From NCBI GenBank assembly GCA_017410265.1, contig JAFQRC010000010.1:27679-91678 (forward strand): a stretch of DNA of 64,000 bases, in the 5' to 3' direction. The notes beneath the pieces were generated by a model. The model was not told where the DNA came from. It searched no databases and was given only the letters and a program-made list of their open reading frames with translations. Position numbers and translations under genes: made by a program. This document shows positions 57,848 to 64,000 of the stretch, piece after piece. Source of the stretch: Ruminococcus sp. (GTDB lineage: Bacteria > Bacillota > Clostridia > Oscillospirales > Acutalibacteraceae). Within the stretch, counting starts at the first letter, position 1. Every line of letters starts with the position of its first letter.

Positions 57848-58432
57848 ATGAAAATGAAAAAAGGAAACAAACTCAACAAAACACTATCAATTATCTCAAA
57901 AATCATGGAAATTGTACACTGGATTGGCACGGGACTTGGAGCAATTATGATCTTAGTTTCAATCTTTAACAAGGAGTTCGTATCAGACTTTATCCTTGAA
58001 GAGGGCGCAGAATTAAATGCTTATGGTTTTAATATCTACGCACTCACCCAGAGCGGAGAAGTCAACTACTTTGCTGTTATTATGGCTTTTGTCGGAATGA
58101 TGATTACCTGCGCACTTATGGCACTTGTTTTCCGTAATCTCGACATCATATTGACAACCATCAGAGGTTCGTACATCCACGCAAAAAGCTCTTCTCCATT
58201 CCAAAAAGATATTGTCAGAAGAGTTCGTGAAATCGGCATTTTTGCTATTGCAATGCCTGTTATCGGCTTTGTTATCACTGCTGTCACCACTGGTGTCTCA
58301 CTCGCAAACGGTATAGAGAGCGAAGTATCTGTATCCTTGGAGGGTGTCATAATCGGTCTTGTGTGCTTGTGTTTAACACAGATTTTTACATACGGTGCTC
58401 AGCTCGAAGAAGAAGTCGACGGACTGCTCTGA
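57848..58432 (+). CDS. DUF2975 family membrane protein
   Basis: Four TM segments, SPFQKDIVRRVREIG, C-terminal IFTYGAQLEEEVDGLL; start ATG 57848; promoter TTGACA-17-TATATT at 57734-57762. Confidence 0.85.
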   Translation: MKMKKGNKLNKTLSIISKIMEIVHWIGTGLGAIMILVSIFNKEFVSDFILEEGAELNAYGFNIYALTQSGEVNYFAVIMAFVGMMITCALMALVFRNLDIILTTIRGSYIHAKSSSPFQKDIVRRVREIGIFAIAMPVIGFVITAVTTGVSLANGIESEVSVSLEGVIIGLVCLCLTQIFTYGAQLEEEVDGLL

Positions 58433-58444
58433 TTGGAGGAAAAT

Positions 58445-58657
58445 ATGGGAAAAATTGTTTTAAGACTCGACAGAATGATGGTTGAACGTAAAATGTCTTT
58501 AAATGAGCTTGCCGAAAAAGTCGGCATCTCAAATGTTAACCTCTCTAAAATTAAGAATAATAAGGTCACAGCTATCCGCTTCCAGACGCTCGCTGCTATT
58601 TGCGAGGCTCTGCAGTGTGAAGCAGGGGACATTCTCGAATACAGCGAAGAGGACTGA
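58445..58657 (+). CDS. Cro/C1-type HTH regulator (YozG-like)
   Basis: LDRMMVERKMSLNELAEKVGISNVNLSKIK...IRFQTLAAICEALQCEAGDIL; the usual DUF2975 partner. Confidence 0.92.
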   Translation: MGKIVLRLDRMMVERKMSLNELAEKVGISNVNLSKIKNNKVTAIRFQTLAAICEALQCEAGDILEYSEED

Positions 58658-58669
58658 ATAAAGGTATAC

Positions 58670-58707
58670 AAAAAACAGCGACGGAGCTTTTCCGTCGCTG
58701 TTTGTTT
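58670..58707. terminator. Bidirectional terminator
   Basis: AAACAGCGACGGA-GCTTT-TCCGTCGCTGTTT. Confidence 0.85.
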
Positions 58708-58711
58708 ATTT

Positions 58712-58748
58712 GGTGCTATGCTCACGGACGAGCAATGCTCGCCCCTAC
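58712..58748 (-). repeat. GTAG-type REP
   Basis: GGTGCTATGCTCACGGACGAGCAATGCTCGCCCCTAC. Confidence 0.8.
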
Positions 58749-58756
58749 AATTTTAA

Positions 58757-59902
58757 TTAAAACAAATCTTTCAGCTTCTGCTTGAAGGTCTTGCGTTTAG
58801 AGTAGTTTTTGTCCGAGCTCTGCTTGTCAAACTCTTTGATGAGGTCTTTCTGCTTAGAACTTAAATTCTTCGGAACCTCGATAACTACTTTTACAAACTG
58901 GTCACCCTTGCTCTTTGAGTGCAGGTGCTGGATACCCTTGCCCTTTAATTTAAAAATATCGTTAGGCTGAGTGCCCTCGTGGATATTGTAACTGACTTTT
59001 CCGTAAAGTGTAGGAACAACTACTTCAGCACCGAGAGCTGCCTGAGCAAATGTGATAGGAAGCTCACACCACACATCGTCGCCTCTGCGTTCAAAAACAG
59101 GGTGAGGTCGCACGCCGACATAAACATGTAAATCACCCGCAGGACCTCCGTTTGAACCAGAGTTTCCGTGACCGCTGACATTAAGCACCTGCTCATCTGA
59201 AATACCCGCAGGAATGTTGATTTCGACACTCTTTTTCTTTCTTACTCTGCCTGCGCCGTTACACGCTTTGCACGGGTCGTCGATTATCTTGCCCTGACCT
59301 TTACAGCTGTCACAAGCACGCGAGGTCTGAACAACACCGAAAGGTGTACGCTGGTTTATAGTCACCTGACCTCTACCATTACAGGTAGGACAAGTCTTAG
59401 GAGAAGTGCCCTTTTTAGCTCCTGTGCCGTTACACTCGCTACAGGTAGACACAGCCTGATACTCAACAGTCTTCTTTGTGCCCATAGCCGCTTCTTCAAA
59501 CGAAATGTACACTGTAGTTTCGACATCAGTTCCTCTGCGCGGAGCGTTAGGGTTAGCCGAGCGTCTGCCCGAAAATCCGCCGAAGCCGCCGAACACTGAG
59601 CTGAATATGTCGCCAAAGTCGATATCCTGACCAAACGGCGAGCCGTATGAACCCGCACCTGCTCCGTAGTTTGGGTCTACACCTGCATGACCAAACTGGT
59701 CGTAGCGCGCCTTTTTATCCTTATCGGAAAGCACCTCGTACGCTTCGTTTACTTCCTTGAACTTTGCTTCACACTCTTGGTCGCCCGGGTGTAAGTCAGG
59801 GTGGTACTTTTTAGCCGACTGTCTGTATGCTTTTTTTATCTCATCGTCCGTAGCGCCTTTATTAACGCCTAAGACTTCGTAATAATCTCTCTTTTCTGCC
59901 AT
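58757..59902 (-). CDS. dnaJ: Chaperone DnaJ
   Basis: J-domain HPD, four CxxCxGxG repeats. Confidence 0.98.
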   Translation of the reverse strand: MAEKRDYYEVLGVNKGATDDEIKKAYRQSAKKYHPDLHPGDQECEAKFKEVNEAYEVLSDKDKKARYDQFGHAGVDPNYGAGAGSYGSPFGQDIDFGDIFSSVFGGFGGFSGRRSANPNAPRRGTDVETTVYISFEEAAMGTKKTVEYQAVSTCSECNGTGAKKGTSPKTCPTCNGRGQVTINQRTPFGVVQTSRACDSCKGQGKIIDDPCKACNGAGRVRKKKSVEINIPAGISDEQVLNVSGHGNSGSNGGPAGDLHVYVGVRPHPVFERRGDDVWCELPITFAQAALGAEVVVPTLYGKVSYNIHEGTQPNDIFKLKGKGIQHLHSKSKGDQFVKVVIEVPKNLSSKQKDLIKEFDKQSSDKNYSKRKTFKQKLKDLF

Positions 59903-59973
59903 ACGCTCACCTCTTTATAACACACGATATGGTGACCCGATTTTTCGGGCCACCATCATGATAAAATTTTATA

Positions 59974-61824
59974 TTACTCTACATCTGTGTAGTCAGCGTC
60001 GTATACATTAGGGTCAGCGTTTGGAGCTGCACCGCCCATATTAGGATCAGCGCCCATCGGGTCAGCACCGCCCTGAGCCTGCTGGGCTGCGGCTGCTGCC
60101 TGATACAGCTTTGCGCCGATTTCCTGTAAAGCCTTCATAAGGTCGTCTTTAGCTGTCTTAATCAGCTCGATATCGCCGTTAGCGATAGCGTCCTTAGTAG
60201 CCTGTACCTTTGTGTTGATAGTGTTCTTATCAGCTTCTTCGAGCTTATCGCCGTTGTCTGTAACGAGCTTTTCAGCCTGATAAGCAACCTGCTCAGCTTC
60301 GTTTTTGATATCAACTTCTTCTCTGCGCTTTTTGTCTTCTGCGGCAAACTGTTCAGCCTCTTTAACTGCCTTGTCGATATCATCCTTGCTCATATTTGAT
60401 GATGAGTGGATAGTAATCTTCTGCTCAGCACCTGTACCGAGGTCTTTAGCTGATACATTAACAATACCGTTAGCGTCGATATCAAATGTAACTTCAATCT
60501 GTGGGATACCACGAGGAGCAGGAGCAATACCTGTTAAAGCAAACAGACCGAGCTGTTTGTTATCGCGAGCAAATTCTCTTTCACCCTGGAGAACATTAAT
60601 CTCAACCTGAGTCTGGTTATCAGCAGCAGTAGAGAAAATCTGGCTCTTCTTTGTAGGAATAGTTGTATTTCTGTCGATAATCTTAGTCATGATACCGCCC
60701 ATTGTTTCAACACCGAGTGAAAGCGGAGTAACATCTAAGAGTAAAAGACCGTCAACTTCGCCGCCGAGTACACCAGCCTGAATACAAGCACCGATAGCAA
60801 CGCACTCGTCAGGGTTGATGCCCTTGAAAGGCTCTTTGCCTGTTAAGGACTTGACTGCATCCTGAACAGCAGGAATACGGGAAGAACCGCCTACCATAAG
60901 AACCTTGTCGATTTCAGAAATCTGAAGACCTGAGTCAGAAAGAGCAGTTCTGACAGGACCCATAGTATTTTCAACGAGGTCAGCTGTGAGCTCGTTGAAC
61001 TTAGCTCTAGTAAGTGTGAGGTCTAAGTGCTTAGGACCTGTAGCGTCAGCTGTGATGAATGGGAGATTGATGTTAGAAGTTGTAACACCCGAGAGCTCAA
61101 TCTTTGATTTCTCAGCAGCTTCCTTTAATCTCTGCATAGCCATTTTATCAGAAGTGAGGTCAACGCCTGTTTCAGCCTTGAACTCTTTAACCATCCAGTC
61201 GATGATTCTCTGGTCGAAGTCGTCACCACCGAGGCGGTTATTACCTGCTGTTGCTAAAACTTCCTGAACGCCGTCGCCGATTTCAATGATAGAAACGTCG
61301 AATGTACCGCCACCGAGGTCATATACCATAACCTTCTGGTCGTTTTCCTTATCCATACCGTAAGAAAGAGCAGCAGCTGTAGGCTCGTTGATGATACGCT
61401 TAACCTCTAAGCCTGCGATTCTGCCTGCGTCCTTTGTAGCCTGACGCTGAGCGTCTGTAAAGTAAGCCGGAACTGTGATAACAGCAGAATTTACTGACTC
61501 ACCGAGATAAGCCTCAGCGTCAGCCTTTAACTTCTGAAGAATCATAGCTGAAATCTCCTGTGGAGTGTAAGCTTTGTCGTCAACTGTTACCTTGTATGAA
61601 GTACCCATCTCTCTTTTGATAGATGAGATTGTTCTGTCAGGGTTTGTGATAGCCTGACGCTTTGCAACCTGACCAACAAGTCGCTCGCCTGTCTTTGAAA
61701 AAGCAACTACTGACGGAGTAGTTCTTGCGCCCTCTGCGTTAGCGATAACTACAGGCTCGCCGCCTTCGATAACTGCTACGCAGGAGTTAGTTGTACCTAA
61801 GTCAATACCAATTGTCTTTGCCAT
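59974..61824 (-). CDS. dnaK: Chaperone DnaK
   Basis: [21 protein letters not shown] and DLGGGTFD motifs; start ATG 61824. Confidence 0.98.
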   Translation of the reverse strand: MAKTIGIDLGTTNSCVAVIEGGEPVVIANAEGARTTPSVVAFSKTGERLVGQVAKRQAITNPDRTISSIKREMGTSYKVTVDDKAYTPQEISAMILQKLKADAEAYLGESVNSAVITVPAYFTDAQRQATKDAGRIAGLEVKRIINEPTAAALSYGMDKENDQKVMVYDLGGGTFDVSIIEIGDGVQEVLATAGNNRLGGDDFDQRIIDWMVKEFKAETGVDLTSDKMAMQRLKEAAEKSKIELSGVTTSNINLPFITADATGPKHLDLTLTRAKFNELTADLVENTMGPVRTALSDSGLQISEIDKVLMVGGSSRIPAVQDAVKSLTGKEPFKGINPDECVAIGACIQAGVLGGEVDGLLLLDVTPLSLGVETMGGIMTKIIDRNTTIPTKKSQIFSTAADNQTQVEINVLQGEREFARDNKQLGLFALTGIAPAPRGIPQIEVTFDIDANGIVNVSAKDLGTGAEQKITIHSSSNMSKDDIDKAVKEAEQFAAEDKKRREEVDIKNEAEQVAYQAEKLVTDNGDKLEEADKNTINTKVQATKDAIANGDIELIKTAKDDLMKALQEIGAKLYQAAAAAQQAQGGADPMGADPNMGGAAPNADPNVYDADYTDVE

Positions 61825-61875
61825 AATAAATTCCTCCAAATGTATGTTTTGAAAAGTTTATACTATATATAATTA

Positions 61876-62421
61876 TCAGTCACAGTTTGCAACGACTACC
61901 ATTGCGTGACGGATTATTTTATCGTTTAATTTGTAGCCTGTCTGGTAAACCTGAGCGATTACATTTTCGCCTAAAGACTCATCCTCGATTTTTGAAATCG
62001 CGTTGTGGATATTCGGGTCAAATTCATCACCGACAGCACCAAACGGTGTTACAGAAAGCTTATCAAAGCTAGCTTTGAGCTGATTTGCGATGAGCTCAAT
62101 GCCTTTTGAAAATTCAGCAGGCACATCTTTGCCCTCGAACTGAGAAAGCGCCATAGTCAGTGAATCAGCAAGTGGCAGGATTTCTTCGACAGCTTTCGCT
62201 GTAGCGTCAGCGTAAATAGCTACCTTTTCATTTTGAGTACGCTTTCTGTAATTATCGTACTCAGCGTAAAGGCGCATATATTTATCGTTTGAAGCTTTGA
62301 GCTCGTTTTCGAGTTTTTCTTCAGCGGAAGGCTCTTTTACTTCTTCAGTCTCAGTAGTTTCTACTGCTTCTTCTACAGTATTTTCTTCTGCTTGTTTTTC
62401 TATCTTTTCTTTCTTACTCAT
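61876..62421 (-). CDS. grpE: Nucleotide exchange factor GrpE
   Basis: RLYAEYDNYRKR, FDPNIHNA and GYKL...RHAMVVV motifs. Confidence 0.96.
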   Translation of the reverse strand: MSKKEKIEKQAEENTVEEAVETTETEEVKEPSAEEKLENELKASNDKYMRLYAEYDNYRKRTQNEKVAIYADATAKAVEEILPLADSLTMALSQFEGKDVPAEFSKGIELIANQLKASFDKLSVTPFGAVGDEFDPNIHNAISKIEDESLGENVIAQVYQTGYKLNDKIIRHAMVVVANCD

Positions 62422-62430
62422 ATTTATCTC

Positions 62431-63459
62431 CTATACCTCGAGCAACTCGCCGATTAGCTTTGAAGCGTAGTCACTCGCATATTCAACCATTGATATAAGT
62501 GTTTTATAGTCAGCTCTGACAGGTCCGATAAGCGCAACCGCGCCCGCTGACATCGATCCGATATTATATCTTGTCGTTATCACGGCACTGTCAAACAGTT
62601 CGTAGTAACCGCTTTCTTTTCCAAGATAAACCTTAGTTCCTGTCGTGTTTTCATTCAGCAGTGCAGAAACACTTTCGCTGTCTGCTAAGAATTTCAGCAC
62701 ATTTCGCGCACTCATCACATCAAAGCCCTGCAAAAACAGCAGATTCGTTGAACCGCTGATGTTGATAGTAGTCTGCATCGCCTGTTTCACAGAATCAAGT
62801 ATCGCAAACAGCACATCAGGCATAAACAGCGACAGCTCGCCAAACGACGCTCCGACTGTCTGCAAAAACGCTCGGTCGATTTCTCTGAGTGGCATTCCAA
62901 CAAAAGCTTCGTTTAACACCTTGTCAAACATATTAATAAGCTCGGGGGTTACCACAAATTCAACTCGAAACAGCCTGCTTTTGACCATACCGTTTGATGT
63001 TATCAGCACCGCCATGCAGGTGTGTCTGCCAGTTATTACAAAGCGGATTTTATGCACCCGCGCGTTGTCAGTGCTCGGTGTTGTCGTAACAGCTGCCATT
63101 GACGAAAGCTCTGAGAGCACTGAAGCCGTCTTTGATAAAATCTTTTCGGGAGCATCAGCCGATGACTCAATGGAGCGCTCGATGTATTCCTTCAATCTCT
63201 GGTCAAGCACCAAATCATCTTTCAGATGGTCAACATAGTAGCGGTAGCCCTTGTGGCTCGGGATTCTGCCTGCCGAAGTGTGTGGCTGAACAAGGTAACC
63301 TTCTCTGACTAAATCCGCAAGCTCATTTCTGATAGTAGCAGAAGACACCGTAAGTCCTGTCTGCTGTATCAGCGCTTTCGAGCCGATAGGCTCACCGTTT
63401 GCGATGTAGTATTCAACAACGGCGCAGAGAATTTTCTGTTTTCTATCTTGTAGCTCCAT
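62431..63459 (-). CDS. hrcA: Heat-inducible transcription repressor HrcA
   Basis: YIANGEPIGSKAL, SSATIRNELADL and QPHTSAGRIP motifs. Confidence 0.97.
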   Translation of the reverse strand: MELQDRKQKILCAVVEYYIANGEPIGSKALIQQTGLTVSSATIRNELADLVREGYLVQPHTSAGRIPSHKGYRYYVDHLKDDLVLDQRLKEYIERSIESSADAPEKILSKTASVLSELSSMAAVTTTPSTDNARVHKIRFVITGRHTCMAVLITSNGMVKSRLFRVEFVVTPELINMFDKVLNEAFVGMPLREIDRAFLQTVGASFGELSLFMPDVLFAILDSVKQAMQTTINISGSTNLLFLQGFDVMSARNVLKFLADSESVSALLNENTTGTKVYLGKESGYYELFDSAVITTRYNIGSMSAGAVALIGPVRADYKTLISMVEYASDYASKLIGELLEV

Positions 63460-63529
63460 TGTATCACCTCGCTTAGCAAGCCCGAGCTCAGCTGGGATAT
63501 CGTCAGCCTGTCATCAGCTCAGGAAGCTT

Positions 63530-63556
63530 TTAGCACTCGAGGAGTGTGAGTGCTAA
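63530..63556. promoter_or_regulatory. CIRCE element (HrcA operator)
   Basis: Perfect TTAGCACTC-N9-GAGTGCTAA; promoter TTGACA-17-TACATT at 63568-63596 on the minus strand. Confidence 0.97.
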
Positions 63557-63802
63557 CTCTGTACTATAATGTAGCAGAAAGGGAAGAAAATGTCAACCTG
63601 TATTTTGGTAAACAATTTGTGAACATCTGTGAACAAACCCGATTTTTCTGTCATAAACTCAGAAAAAACCGCATAACAGAGCCGTTTTTGAGGGATTCCG
63701 AAAAAAGCGCCGTTTGCTCCTTCTGATTTGACAGGGAGTGCTATTACATATATAATATATATAGATTTTTATGAATTTAAACATCTCTTTTGGGAGGTTA
63801 AT

Positions 63803-64000
63803 ATGTTTCTCGCTATCATCACTGCCGCTGTGTGCTTTTTAGCGGCTGTCATTATGTTCTCATCATATTTCAGAAAAATGACACTTTTGCGCCCGCTTGC
63901 GATTTACCTTATTTTCGAGGGCTGTGCAACAATGCTGACTTACATTTTGTCTGACTTAAACCCTGTGAGCACCTTAGGTGACACAATTCAACAGATAGGC
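63803..64000 (+). CDS. Membrane protein, 5' part; runs off the window edge
   Basis: GGAGG RBS; MFLAIITAAVCFLAAVIMFSSYFRK...; promoter TTGACA-17-TATAAT at 63728-63756. Confidence 0.65.
   Translation, partial: MFLAIITAAVCFLAAVIMFSSYFRKMTLLRPLAIYLIFEGCATMLTYILSDLNPVSTLGDTIQQIG

Noticed and set aside
57583-57972. Apparent long N-terminal extensions on prmA (438 aa) and DUF2975 (312 aa); also on nrnA, the scaffoldin, DAGK and TetR
   Set aside because: The extensions run through promoters or neighbouring genes; internal ATGs with good RBS give normal lengths, so these are not fusions.
3033-63308. Many 60-225-aa ORFs antisense or out of frame within long genes (e.g. 5099-5776, 6014-6430, 56795-57325, 62645-63238)
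   Set aside because: Typical shadow ORFs of codon-biased genes; no RBS and no recognisable motifs.
63460-63525. Hairpin in the hrcA leader as an RNA thermometer
   Set aside because: The 8-bp stem (CCTGAGCT/AGCTCGGG) ends before the GAGGTG Shine-Dalgarno, so no clear SD sequestration.
63736-63744. CIRCE half-site (GAGTGCTAT) in the promoter of the last gene
   Set aside because: No matching second half at 9-bp spacing; likely chance or vestigial.
1-64000. rRNA, tRNA, tmRNA, T-box elements
   Set aside because: No such signatures found on manual reading of the intergenic regions; tRNAscan-SE/Infernal would be needed to exclude divergent cases.

Overview
Chromosomal window from a low-GC Clostridia/Oscillospirales gut bacterium with Ruminococcus bromii-like secreted proteins (taxonomy inferred from protein style only). 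Housekeeping blocks: rimP-nusA-ylxR-ylxQ-infB-rbfA-nrnA-truB, hrcA-grpE-dnaK-dnaJ with a perfect CIRCE, hppA, prmA, rsmE-mtnN, a MarR/ABC exporter operon and an ECF sigma/anti-sigma pair. These are interleaved with an amylosome-like secretome: two secreted GH13 alpha-amylases, a single-cohesin scaffoldin, malQ-glgP and six dockerin-bearing proteins. Most notable observations: (1) two tandem secreted CotH-family kinases carrying CBM26-like modules and a dockerin, one sharing an uncharacterised ~110-aa module with an amylase; (2) a structurally conserved, covarying ~190-nt 5' leader upstream of both kinases; (3) a ~370-aa 4xFN3 tail shared by the scaffoldin and one amylase in place of a sortase/SLH anchor; (4) a RAYT transposase with two perfect inverted REP copies inside its own ORF, plus several related GTAG-REPs dispersed in the window; (5) dockerin genes arranged like cassettes between duplicated 88-bp terminator-promoter modules. 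Also present: a yybP-ykoY riboswitch ahead of a CaCA antiporter and an orphan phage-type replication initiator. No rRNA, tRNA or CRISPR array was seen. All family assignments come from motif recognition by eye; no database searches were run.
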